Source: Candidatus Bathyarchaeota archaeon
Lineage (GTDB): Archaea > Thermoproteota > Bathyarchaeia > Bathyarchaeales > Bathycorpusculaceae
Assembly (NCBI GenBank): GCA_963720565.1
Contig: CAVRFW010000002.1
Span: 32,001-96,000 of the forward strand
Reading direction: 5' to 3'
Length of the DNA stretch: 64,000 nt
Shown piece by piece: positions 52,614-62,660 of the stretch. The first letter of the stretch is position 1; the number at the start of each line of letters is the position of its first letter. The notes beneath the pieces were generated by a model. The model was given only the letters and a program-made list of their open reading frames with translations. It did no database searches and was not told the DNA's origin. The translations under genes and the position numbers were made by a program.

Positions 52614-53214
52614 TCATCTTGCAGTTATTTCTACACTATCAGCAAAATAGGACATCTCAGTCTCCCATCTAACCGAAATTCCGAAAGCAACAAAAACCTC
52701 GCCTAGACTGCCTGTGTTGATTCCGACTGAAAGACTGTATGCTTTCCACCCTGCTACTTGATCGGCAGCGCCCAAGACATGGAAATCGTCTTCAACTTCG
52801 GAGTTGTCTTCACCTATATAGGCCACAACCTCTGCTATGGTGTTGAAGCTTTCAGATGGACTCCACAATTGAAATGACAAGGTAACTATCTTTGCAGAAT
52901 TTGGCTGAAATTTTAGCTTTCGCTCTAACCATATGGTTCCGTCATCCTGTCTTCCGTCGATTTGAAATAAAACAGAATAGTCACCGGAAAAACTGTTGTC
53001 TGATGTGCGCTCAATCTTCCACGCTACTGTTTCGTCTGGATTATTAGGGTCTTCAGGAACTTGAGAATCAAGGGTCCAATCGCTAAAACCTTTCTCAAAA
53101 CTATCTGAGAAGAAAGTCCGGTTCAGGCTGCAGTTTCGGAAGCAGAAGCCATACTGCCATGATCACCATGGCAGAAATGACTGCGGTTGTAATCAAGACG
53201 AGCCTTTTATTCAT
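52614..53214 (-). CDS. Membrane-anchored/secreted beta-sandwich protein; frameshifted near 53115
   Basis: MNKRLVLITTAVISAMVIMAVWLLL then FFSDSFEKGFSDW...DGRQDDGTIWLER continuing into ORF 52614-52880. Confidence 0.7.
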
Positions 53215-53356
53215 AATTTTTCAGCTAAATGCATAGGCAAAGCCTGTAATTAAAACTTGGCCACTCAGAATCAGGCAAGTTTCTCTCATCGAAACTTCTT
53301 TTCTAAGATACAAGCCACTGTATCTATGATGCGCTAATTTGTAGAGACAAGAGAAA

Positions 53357-53915
53357 TCATAAAAGCAAATGTTCAAGGAGAATCTTTATTCCAATAGCGA
53401 TTAGGATTATTCCACCTATTGCCTTTATTTTGTTTCCAAAATATTCTCCGATGATGTTACCAAACAAAAATCCCCCGTAAGAGAGAGAAAAGGTTACAAT
53501 TCCAATAACAACAATAGGAACAAGAATAGCTGTTTGTAGAAATGCGAAACTCAAACCAACCATCAAGGCGTCAATACTAGTCGCAATGGATAATGTGAGC
53601 AAAGCACGCAAACCGAGTTTGCTTTCTCCATGCTGTTCGTCCTTTCCAACAGAATCATGAATCATCTTTGCACCAATAAAAACCAACAGGGCAAAAGCTA
53701 TCCAGTGATCAATCCACTGGATCAGCTCTTCCAGCCCAAGACCTGCAAACCATCCAATCACGGGCATAATCATTTGAAAAGAGCCGAAGAACGAGGCAAC
53801 AACAAGAGCATTTTTCCGCTTATGACCTTCAACCAGATATCCCTCTTGCTATCGAAACCGCAAAAGCATCCATCGCCAAACCAACTGCAATTAGCGTAAC
53901 AGTCAGGATATCCAT
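53357..53915 (-). CDS. mntP: Manganese efflux pump MntP; frameshifted near 53830
   Basis: IAVGLAMDAFAVSI; MPVIGW..G, DHWIAF.LL.FIG.KMI, ATSIDAL.VG. Confidence 0.9.
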
Positions 53916-54190
53916 TCAAATCACGAATCTATTCATTTTTCGGTAGGAAACGATATTGAGCATATAGGCTTTTTGATATAAGCTAATAGTTCTGGTCAAG
54001 GTTCTCTTTGAAAAAAGCAGTCTCGGCATAGTTCTTCTCAATCTGCTTTCCTGAATAAACCATACAATTCTCATTGAGAAAATGAAAACAAGCTGAACGT
54101 CTACAAGCAATCTCATTGTAGTTTAGTTAGATGAAGATTTGGCAGAACAAAAGAAAAATGGGGAGTCTGCTTTGTTGAAATCTGTGTGCT

Positions 54191-54664
54191 CTACGCTGTG
54201 GCAGTAGTAACAGGAGCAAAAGGCTGTTTCCCTTGAACAACTGTTGTGCCTGCCATGCGGTCGGTGTATTTCTGTCTTCTGTCAGCTCCAGGTGTAACTA
54301 CGCCGATTAGCCAGTCGAGAAATAGGAAAAGCGGATAAATCTTGCTGATGTTGCGGAGAAATGCTTTTCCAAAATCAACTTTACCTCCATTTGCCATCTG
54401 AACTTGCAAGCCTAAGACTCTTTTGCCTATTGTAGCACCCCAGTAGACGTCAAGGATAGCAAAGTAAAGCACTTCAATTAGTCCTAGAAGGAATGGGAAC
54501 AATAGCCAAGATCCATATCCAATTAGCCACAATGAGCCAGCAAAGAGGAGCGAAAAGAATATCAGGTATACTGGAATGGCGATTATTATGCTGTCAATAA
54601 TTAGCGCAATCAACCTGTAGAGCCAGTGATTCACGTCAATCTGCAAACCGTTTTCTGTTGTCAT
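54191..54664 (-). CDS. RDD-family membrane protein
   Basis: RLIALIID, GATIGKRVLGLQV, QKYTDRMAGTTVV. Confidence 0.9.
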   Translation of the reverse strand: MTTENGLQIDVNHWLYRLIALIIDSIIIAIPVYLIFFSLLFAGSLWLIGYGSWLLFPFLLGLIEVLYFAILDVYWGATIGKRVLGLQVQMANGGKVDFGKAFLRNISKIYPLFLFLDWLIGVVTPGADRRQKYTDRMAGTTVVQGKQPFAPVTTATA

Positions 54665-54954
54665 TTTTTCACTCGCAGTTCATTTTGTAGTAAGGGACTA
54701 TTATGCTTTGCCAAGGAGAGGACTCACCATAGGCATAGCATGGACAAATGAGACCTAAACCTAATTAGGATTCGAAAACAGAGGTTGAATTGCATGCTCA
54801 AAACCAGCGAGCTTCACAGCCAAACAAAACGTTTTGTTTCCCAGAAAAATCGTAACTAGAGTAGCCCTATGAAGTGGCTATCTGCGTTTCTGATTGGCAA
54901 AAGAATAAATCCAAAAAAACACTTAACAATAACTGGGATGGTAAGTTTATGTGT

Positions 54955-55149
54955 ATGGGAAAAGTGGTTGTCCGCTGCCCGAAGTGCGCAAAACCGCTGC
55001 AGGTTACCAGACCAGACAGTTCCCACCCGTTTTGGTCCCGAGATAAACCCAAAGAAGACGAAGGAATAGCCAACGTGATTGTACAGGATCTCGAATGCAA
55101 TAACACAGAATGCTCTACGAAATTCTCAGTATATTGGTACGACAAATAA
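54955..55149 (+). CDS. Small Zn-ribbon protein
   Basis: VRCPKC...C.N.EC..KF.VYWY. Confidence 0.7.
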   Translation: MGKVVVRCPKCAKPLQVTRPDSSHPFWSRDKPKEDEGIANVIVQDLECNNTECSTKFSVYWYDK

Positions 55150-55296
55150 AATAAGAAGCTTAACCAAACCCTCTTTTTTGTTATTTGCCCAAGTCAAGTT
55201 CAAAATATCGCTACCAAAAACAAAAGCCAAATTCAAGCATTTGCCGTAAACAAACCTATCTTCGTATCCTCTTGAAGTAAATGAGAACAACAAAAG

Positions 55297-55371
55297 TGGA
55301 CCGAGCGGGATTTGAACCCGCGGCTTCCGCCTTGCGAAGGCGGCGATCATACCAGACTGATCTACCGGCCC
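55297..55371 (-). tRNA. tRNA-Ala(CGC), no intron, CCA not encoded
   Basis: GGGCCGG/TCGGTCC-A acceptor with G3:U70, anticodon arm CCGCC-TTCGCAA-GGCGG, T-loop GTTCAAATC. Confidence 0.97.
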
Positions 55372-55653
55372 GTCGATTCACGTTTTTAAAAGAGAATACG
55401 CATTCAATATAAAAGAATAATGCTGCATTACACACGGTATTTTCGGTATCAAGAAGTCTCCAGCATCATGAAAATATTCTTAAGTGATTTCTATTTTGAA
55501 TTGAAATATCCAGCTAGCAGGTCCAACATTCACAGGAAACAAACCGGACAAGCTTCAGAGAACTAATAGCAAACGACGGCGACTTCGGTTGCAGCAGATA
55601 AGAAAATATAGTCTGGCAACAAATATACTGTAGCTCTTTGTTGCTTATGGATT

Positions 55654-55929
55654 GTGGTAGATTTGACTAAGACTGTTGTTCTTCCAGAAACTGTTTATAA
55701 TGATTTGACAACTATCCAAGAAGAAATGGCCTCCTTAACAAGAAAACCTTTTTCCACTGGAATGACCGTTTCCCTGCTTATTGCTGTTTACAGAGCCCAC
55801 ATGAGTGAACCATGTGCACGAGATGCTTTCAGACAAAGACTGGCCAACGCGGAATTCATGTCGCCCGAGGATTTCGAGAAAGCATGGGATAGTCCACCTT
55901 CAAAGGCGAAAAAACATAGACTTGCGTAA
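55654..55929 (+). CDS. Hypothetical protein, possible ribbon-helix-helix N-terminus
   Basis: TKTVVLPETVYNDL. Confidence 0.6.
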   Translation: MVDLTKTVVLPETVYNDLTTIQEEMASLTRKPFSTGMTVSLLIAVYRAHMSEPCARDAFRQRLANAEFMSPEDFEKAWDSPPSKAKKHRLA

Positions 55930-56016
55930 TCACGAATCATCAAGGATCGAAGAATCACCAAGATTAGTCTTCTCATTCAGGTTATGTCTAACAATATTCA
56001 GCGCAAATTCTCGGGT

Positions 56017-56421
56017 TTACCAGAACCCGCCTTTAGAAGTGACTTTAACGTTTGCCTGTAGTCCCCCAAGCCCCAATGCTCCAAAGGTGAAGTTGTAGCT
56101 TCCGCTTGGCAAAGTTATCCAATCACTAGTGTAAACTGTCTGGTCCCCTTGCGCTTTGGCATGCTCCCAAATTTTGGTTCCGTTAACGTCAGTTATGCTG
56201 GCGCTCCAAAGAGCAGAACCGCTACTTATGACAACCTCAACTTGAGTTTTATCATGCAAAATTGGCAATTCAAACTCTTTCTGTTCTTCTTCTGCACCTA
56301 TCGAAAAAGAAACCTCCAGTTCTGCGAGATTTCTCGGAAAAGTAAGCGCTGAATACAACCCTGCAATTAATATGATGGCCACAAAAGCGAAAAGCACAAT
56401 TTTTTTCGTTGTGTAAATCAC
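56017..56421 (-). CDS. Membrane-anchored beta-rich protein
   Basis: GGAG RBS, N-terminal TM. Confidence 0.7.
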   Translation of the reverse strand: MIYTTKKIVLFAFVAIILIAGLYSALTFPRNLAELEVSFSIGAEEEQKEFELPILHDKTQVEVVISSGSALWSASITDVNGTKIWEHAKAQGDQTVYTSDWITLPSGSYNFTFGALGLGGLQANVKVTSKGGFW

Positions 56422-56633
56422 GTCATTCTCTCCATTTTGATTTAGATCGAGTTACTAAACGCGCCTGAAGGATTTATGGTTAGCGTCATTGGACAACTGT
56501 AAAACTGGGTAGGATTTAGTAATAGCCTAGTTTGCAGAGCGCTTGAAGTATGCGAGACTGCGCTAAAGCGCGCTATGATCTCAATCACATTTGGAGGAAT
56601 CTTTCAAGAGTAATGCCAGTTTCCAGTCTTTCA

Positions 56634-57041
56634 TCAATGAACAGCGTCTCTTGCATAGAACATGAACATAGAATTCTGTAAGAATTTGAAATCTCTTATG
56701 CGAACCAAGTGGCTTATGCAATTGCAGTCGGAGGAGCCGAAGCCTTCAATCGCTTCTCCTTCTCCCTTCAGCATCCTAGCAATGGTACACTCCTCGGTTC
56801 TATCTGCTTCTTTTGCAAACACTTTCAGTATTTCTGCAGCACCACTATCCAGCAAGTAGTCAATGTGCCAAAAGAGCGGTTTCTTCTTCTTGAGGTGACG
56901 TTTTATTCGCCGCTCAAGATTAGACTGTGCTGACCCAACATAAGCGTATAATCCACGCGTAAAACTAATCTCGCCCAAAGCGCCCACAGTCACCAATGTA
57001 TCCTTCTTGACGTTGATTATCAGCACATAGACACCCTTCAA
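56634..57041 (-). CDS. GIY-YIG nuclease family (DUF123)
   Basis: KGVYVL..GLYAYVGSA..L.RRI.RH...FWHIDYLL...GFGSSDC.C.SHL. Confidence 0.9.
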   Translation of the reverse strand: MKGVYVLIINVKKDTLVTVGALGEISFTRGLYAYVGSAQSNLERRIKRHLKKKKPLFWHIDYLLDSGAAEILKVFAKEADRTEECTIARMLKGEGEAIEGFGSSDCNCISHLVRIRDFKFLQNSMFMFYARDAVH

Positions 57042-57233
57042 CGTTCAAGTTCTCCGTCAGCAAAAGCTTGATTCAAGTAAGACTTGTATAACTTTCATCA
57101 TTCTTCAAACGCCAACAATATCTCTTTATTTCGGACAATATTTGTTGTATCTTAGCTACAATAAACGTTTCAGGTGTTCTTGAGACTATCAGAGAATCAA
57201 TTCATTTTCTCAATAGCAAATGATTGCCATATC

Positions 57234-59316
57234 TCAACCCTTTCGCGGAAGATCAAGGAGGTCTAACATCTTTACAGCGTTGTTTGTTGGAGGCATGCAG
57301 GTTTGACCACGACACACGTATGCAGTTGCTTTGTCGCCAATTTTCTCGTAACCCAAACCGGGAGAACTGGGTTTTCTAATAGAAACTGTTAGATGAGGTA
57401 TGTAATGTAGCCGTAATGCCTCAATCATCGACAGCGTGCTGCTTTCTTGGACCTCACCCACCAGGACAACATTGTATGCTGGACCCAAGGCAAACTCCAA
57501 ACCTACAAGCATAAATGTGTGTGCTGCCGGAGCTCGAGCTATTTCACCGGAGAAGGACTTGAGCATTCTAATAGCCTTCTCACCAAATGATGCATCGCCA
57601 GTTAAACGTTCCAAGCGCAACAAATCCAGAAGAGCCACTGAATTACCTGAAGGCAGGGCGCCATCATGCAATTCTTTCCTCCTTAGCACAGCATCCTTTG
57701 CGTTCTTCGCGGTGAAGTAGAAGCCACCGTCCTTTTCATCCCAAAACCGTGCAATCATCTGCATTGGACAGCTCAATTGCTGTCAGCAAAATCTTATCAT
57801 CGAAAGAAGCTTCATAAACTTCGATAAGGCCCCACACCAAAAACGCGTAATCATCCAAGAAGCCCTCTATCTCGCTATTGCCCTGAGCATAACGATGCAG
57901 CAGCATCCCGCGTTTGTCCCTCATCTTGTTTAGAACAAAATCCGAGGCTTTGACAGCAGTCTGCAAATACTTTTGTTCAGCGAAGACCCGACTGGCTTTC
58001 GCCATCGCAGCAATCATTAAGCCGTTCCAGTCAGCAAGAACCTTGTCGTCCTTCAATGGATGAACCCGCTTCTTTCTAGCTTCGAAAAGTCTTGTGCATA
58101 TTCTACCTAAACTATGAATGGTTTCATCAACTGTTAGTTGTGATTCTCGGGCGACCTGCTCTAACGATTTTTCCCAGTGTAAAATGTTTAAACCTGTTCG
58201 CTTCTTGCCAGGTTCAACATAGTTTCCTTCAGACCGAATGCTAAAAAGCCTAACCGCCAAATCAGCGTCTTCAGGCAACAAGGAGTTCCGGACCTCTTCC
58301 TCTGTCCACAGGTAGAACTTGCCCTCTTCACCCTCAGAATCCGCATCTTCAGCCGAGTAGAAGCCGCCTTCAGAAGAAGTCATATCTCTCATTACGTACT
58401 CCAAAACCTCTTTTACCGTAACCTTAAACTTCAAAGCGCCTGTTGCCCAGTACGCTTCAACATAAGCCAAAGCTAACATCGCTTGATCATAAAGCATCTT
58501 TTCGAAGTGAGGGACACGCCATTCTGCGTCCGTGGAGTACCTGTGAAAGCCGAAGCCCACCTGATCAAAAATGCCTCCCAACCGCATTGCGCGTAAAGTC
58601 TTCTCCGCCATTGTTAATGCCGTTTTCTCCTTTGTTCTGTTCCAATATCTCATGAGGAAAATCAAGTTATGAGGCGATGGAAACTTGGGAGCCTGACCGA
58701 ATCCGCCGTTCTCTTTATCAAAGTTTTGAGAAAGCCATTCGTATGCATTGTCCAGAACCTGCTTGTCCAAATCCCCTTGGGAAGAATGATCGCCCATAGT
58801 TTCGAGGCTTCGCATTATGCTCCTGCCGAAGTTTTCCAAATCCTCTCGACGCGTTTTCCAAACTTGTTCAATCTGAGGGATAAGATCTAACATTCCAATC
58901 AAGCCAAACTTGCTGTTTTTGGGGACATAACTCACAGTGAGAAACGGGTTTTTGTCTGGCGTCATCACTATGTTGAGAGGCCACCCGCAACTTCGACCTA
59001 TCCGCTGGCAGACAGCCATGTAAGCACCATCCAAGTCTGGGCGTTCTTCTCTGTCAACCTTCACGCAAACAAACGACTGGTTCATCAAATTCGCCACTTC
59101 TTCGTCATTGAAGCACTCTTTCTCCATAACGTGACACCAGTGGCAGGTCGAATAGCCTATGGATACGAAAACTGGTTTGTCTTCTTTCTTAGCCAGCTCG
59201 AACGCCTCGTCACTCCATGGATACCAGTCTACAGGATTGTGCGCATGTTGAAGCAAATATGGACTCTTCTCATGTATCAGCCTGTTTGCTCTCGGTCTGT
59301 TGACTTCATTATCCAT
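57234..59316 (-). CDS. YyaL/SPATA20-like thioredoxin plus (alpha/alpha)6 protein; frameshifted near 57765
   Basis: [66 protein letters not shown]. Confidence 0.95.
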
Positions 59317-59384
59317 AAAAAATCAGCACTCTAAGATACCTAAATCGTTGCTGTTTTATTAAGCGTACTACCCACAGCTCTTCT

Positions 59385-59858
59385 CTAGTATTTCACGCTC
59401 AGATAAAGCAGAACGGTCAATGCCAAGAACTCAAAGAGATCCGGCAACAGGGCAAATGGCCCCAGACCAAACGCCATGAAACCGAACATCGACATGAACA
59501 ATGGATTGGCGGTTAATGTTCTCAAGAGGAAGACCAAGGAAAAAAGAATCAAGCCCAAAGTGAACTGTGACTTGGTTTTCCTGTATATGTCGACGTAAGT
59601 AGTAAGAAGGTAGCACAAGAGAGCCACATTAACCGTGGAAAGTACCGTTTGCGCTATATAGAAAAACTCGAAATCGAAACGAACTCCCTCCGGAGGTTGG
59701 GGACGTTGAGGGAATAATGAGGATGGAAACACGGAAGAAGCCCAAAAAGCCGCTAAAATCGCTATCGCTGCCAACGTTGAGATTACTACCAACCAAATCT
59801 TGATGTTCCTATTCATACGAGGTTCCATTGTTTTCTCTCCTTTTTCTACTTTTTCCAT
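59385..59858 (-). CDS. 4-TM membrane protein coupled to the ArsR gene
   Basis: NVALL..L...Y...YRKTKSQFTLGLILF; overlaps the upstream gene. Confidence 0.8.
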   Translation of the reverse strand: MEKVEKGEKTMEPRMNRNIKIWLVVISTLAAIAILAAFWASSVFPSSLFPQRPQPPEGVRFDFEFFYIAQTVLSTVNVALLCYLLTTYVDIYRKTKSQFTLGLILFSLVFLLRTLTANPLFMSMFGFMAFGLGPFALLPDLFEFLALTVLLYLSVKY

Positions 59859-60148
59859 AATTTGTTCAGAATCTCCTCAAACAACGCGTAGTTCTCCTCC
59901 ATCATCTGAGAAAGAAAATATGTGGCACCATATTTGTCGCCAATGGATGAAATTATCCTGTTCTTCTCCAAAACCGTGAGATGATGCCTCACAGTCTTGT
60001 AGTCTAACTTCATTGAAGTTGCAAGCTGGTTTGCATTCTGCGGTGTTTCTTTAAGAATTTCGACAATTCTCGCACGGGTCGGACCACCACGGGTACCAGC
60101 AATCAACCATCCAAGCAAATGCCTCAGCGAACGGGTATTTGCAGACAT
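59846..60148 (-). CDS. ArsR-type wHTH regulator (GTRGG subfamily)
   Basis: WLIAGTRGGPTRARI...PQNANQLA...LDYKTVRHHL..L. Confidence 0.9.
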   Translation of the reverse strand: MSANTRSLRHLLGWLIAGTRGGPTRARIVEILKETPQNANQLATSMKLDYKTVRHHLTVLEKNRIISSIGDKYGATYFLSQMMEENYALFEEILNKLWKK

Positions 60149-60547
60149 TCAGCCTTCTCCGTGCATATCGAGATTCCTTGAAAGTTTACTGTTAATAGCA
60201 TTATAAACATGTCTCCCGAACCTCGACCTACATCTAAAATCAACTAAATCAACAGAGAAGGACCACTGGTTCTCATTCGACAGTGTTTCAGCGACTAAAA
60301 CTTGAAAATGTTTTCGCGACACCATCCATTTTAGCTTGCATATCAAATTTGGGAGAAAATTGGGTATATTCTTTTAAACTATTAATGAACATTTTCTGAT
60401 GTTTGGAAAGCAAATCGCTGAAGAGAGGAGACCTAGATCAATGGGCAAATATAGTGACACCAATCTAGCTGCAAGAAACAGCGGGGATATAAGCATACGC
60501 GACGAAGTTTGTTCGTCATTCAAAAAAACTTGAGAAGAGATGGCAAC

Positions 60548-61777
60548 ATGGAAACTAACCAAATTCCTAAGAAAACACACTCATCAACTATTTTCGTGAC
60601 TATTGCCATTGTGCTCAGCCTAATAGGCGGAAGTCTCATAGGATATTCTGTAGGTAACCTACTTGTTTCACAAAACATCGACAGCTTGAAACAGGAAGTA
60701 TTAGCTCTTCAAGAACAGGTTTCAACTCTCCAATCAGCGCTGGATTCCAACGAATCAAACGGAACTTACATTGTAGGCGACAGCGCTTCACTTGCCCAAC
60801 TTTACACTCAAATCAAAGACTCCGTCGTTGTGATTCGCGGGTTGACAATTTCCTATGATATGTTCCATCGAGCATACTATTCTCAAGTGCAGGGTTCAGG
60901 TTTCGTATACAACTACGAGGGGCAGATGGTGGTCATAACCAACAATCACGTGGTGGAAGACACAACTAACATAACTGTAACATTCACAAACGGAAATGGT
61001 TATGCGGCTGAAGTGCTCGGATCTGATCCATACGCAGATTTAGCAGTGCTTTCAACAAGTGCTCCAGAAAGCGAGTTCAGCCCCCTTGAAATGGTAAGTT
61101 CGTCAACTCTAAAGGTCGGTGACCCGTTAATTGCCGTAGGGAGCCCCTATGGATTAACTGGTTCGATGACCACAGGCATAGTAAGCGCGCTGGGGAGAAC
61201 GATAACTGAGGATCTATCCGGTGGTTACCCTATCGCGAACGTCATACAAACCAGCGCACCAATAAACTCAGGCAACTCTGGAGGTCCACTCGTTAACTAT
61301 CAGGGTCAAGTTGTGGGAATAACGACTGCAATAGTGAGCGACTCTCAAGGGCTGGGGTTTGCAATTCCGTCCAGCACTGTGTTGAGGGAAATAGGCTCTC
61401 TAATTCTAGACGGGTCATACAACAAGCATTCCACAATAGGTGCATCGGGAATAGACATGACTTACGAAATTGCACAGGCAATGGACTTAGATGTTACTTA
61501 TGGTTGGCTGATCGTGGAAGTTGCTAACGGCGGACCTGCCGCCAACGCTGGACTGAAAGAGGGAACTGAACAAGTCGTAGCCGGAGGACAGAACGTGGTG
61601 ATAGGTGGAGACGTGATTATCGAGATTGATGATATTCGAATTAGAAATCTGGATGACATGTCAAGTTATCTAGAAGAAAATACACTGCCTGGTCAGACAA
61701 TTGAAGTGGTGGTAGTCAGAGGCAATCAAGTCCTAACTAACTCACTAACACTCGGAAACCGACCGCTTCTTGACTAA
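60548..61777 (+). CDS. HtrA/DegP-like membrane-anchored serine protease with PDZ
   Basis: GSGF, TNNHVV, DLAVL, INSGNSGGPL, PDZ GPAANAGL..GDVII. Confidence 0.95.
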   Translation: METNQIPKKTHSSTIFVTIAIVLSLIGGSLIGYSVGNLLVSQNIDSLKQEVLALQEQVSTLQSALDSNESNGTYIVGDSASLAQLYTQIKDSVVVIRGLTISYDMFHRAYYSQVQGSGFVYNYEGQMVVITNNHVVEDTTNITVTFTNGNGYAAEVLGSDPYADLAVLSTSAPESEFSPLEMVSSSTLKVGDPLIAVGSPYGLTGSMTTGIVSALGRTITEDLSGGYPIANVIQTSAPINSGNSGGPLVNYQGQVVGITTAIVSDSQGLGFAIPSSTVLREIGSLILDGSYNKHSTIGASGIDMTYEIAQAMDLDVTYGWLIVEVANGGPAANAGLKEGTEQVVAGGQNVVIGGDVIIEIDDIRIRNLDDMSSYLEENTLPGQTIEVVVVRGNQVLTNSLTLGNRPLLD

Positions 61778-61822
61778 GCACATGCTAGTAAATTCCCTGG
61801 AAACTACTTAGCGAATATGCCA

Positions 61823-62101
61823 CTATGCAGGCTCGAGAATTACATCTAGAACATAACGGGCGTATTCGTCTTCTGTGAGCAGGAGTCGTTGAAGCTTGGG
61901 GATGGTTATGCGTCCGTCTTTGCCCATTTTAGCGTAGAAGCTCTGCCACCCGCCAGTGTAGGTGTTGACGGCGTTCACGGTGACGTTTAGAAGCTGTTCT
62001 GTGTCCATTTTGAATCGCCAGCGGACTTTTTTGGGGATTTGGATGCGGTTTCCCTTCTGCAACACGGTCTTGAACTTGACTTTCTCGGATAGCGGCAACA
62101 C
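61823..62101 (-). CDS. Tandem AbrB/SpoVT-like DNA-binding protein
   Basis: LQKGNRIQIPKKVR and MGKDGRITIPK. Confidence 0.75.
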   Translation of the reverse strand: MLPLSEKVKFKTVLQKGNRIQIPKKVRWRFKMDTEQLLNVTVNAVNTYTGGWQSFYAKMGKDGRITIPKLQRLLLTEDEYARYVLDVILEPA

Positions 62102-62465
62102 CCATAACCTCTGACAAACACAGACGCGAGGTGTCGTCTTGTGACATTTGCAGACGCAATCTGCAAGATAATTAAGCGTTGTTTAAAGAAACCAGCCCAA
62201 AACAGCTTGTTCCACGACTGCAAAATGCAAGGACAACTACAACTAATAAGAAATAGCCACACGGGCCTGGCTGGAACATGCTTTTGTGGGTTCAGAATGC
62301 AAAGTTGTCTGGTTCTTCCGTTCTTTTGCGTGTGCTTGCGCTCATACCCCCTTGGAAGCATTATGATTGACAGCAAAACAAGCTCTAACCACTATGCCGT
62401 CGCTTTGACAAACGCGAACCTTTCTGATTTCAGGTCAGCAATCATATTAACTAAAGTGTGTGCTA

Positions 62466-62642
62466 TTATCCGCCGAATGAACCATGTTCAACTCTGTCAT
62501 GCGTCTTTCTATGACATTCCTCGTGTTCCTGCTTTACATTGCCAAAACAGGTCAAGTGCTTCTGCAAGTCGGTTTGGGTGAGAAACACGCAGGGGCAAAA
62601 TGGACATTTGAGGCCTTACCTAATTTCTTTCTCTTCAGCCAA
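62466..62642 (-). pseudogene. 58-codon Zn-finger-like microprotein with in-frame TAA at codon 9
   Basis: MAEEKEIR*GLKCPFCPCVFLTQTDLQKHLTCFGNVKQEHEECHRKTHDRVEHGSFGG; GGTG RBS just after the ileS stop. Confidence 0.55.
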
Positions 62643-62660
62643 AACTGCACCGTCGAGTAC

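Noticed and set aside
53916..54190. yybP-ykoY Mn riboswitch before mntP
   Set aside because: AT-rich; no recognisable stems or conserved core by eye; an Infernal search would settle it
55150..55700. Integrated element at tRNA-Ala
   Set aside because: No integrase and no duplicate of the tRNA 3' end seen in the window
30180..62618. Pyl/Sec recoding at in-frame stops
   Set aside because: Both in-frame stops are TAA, not TAG or TGA
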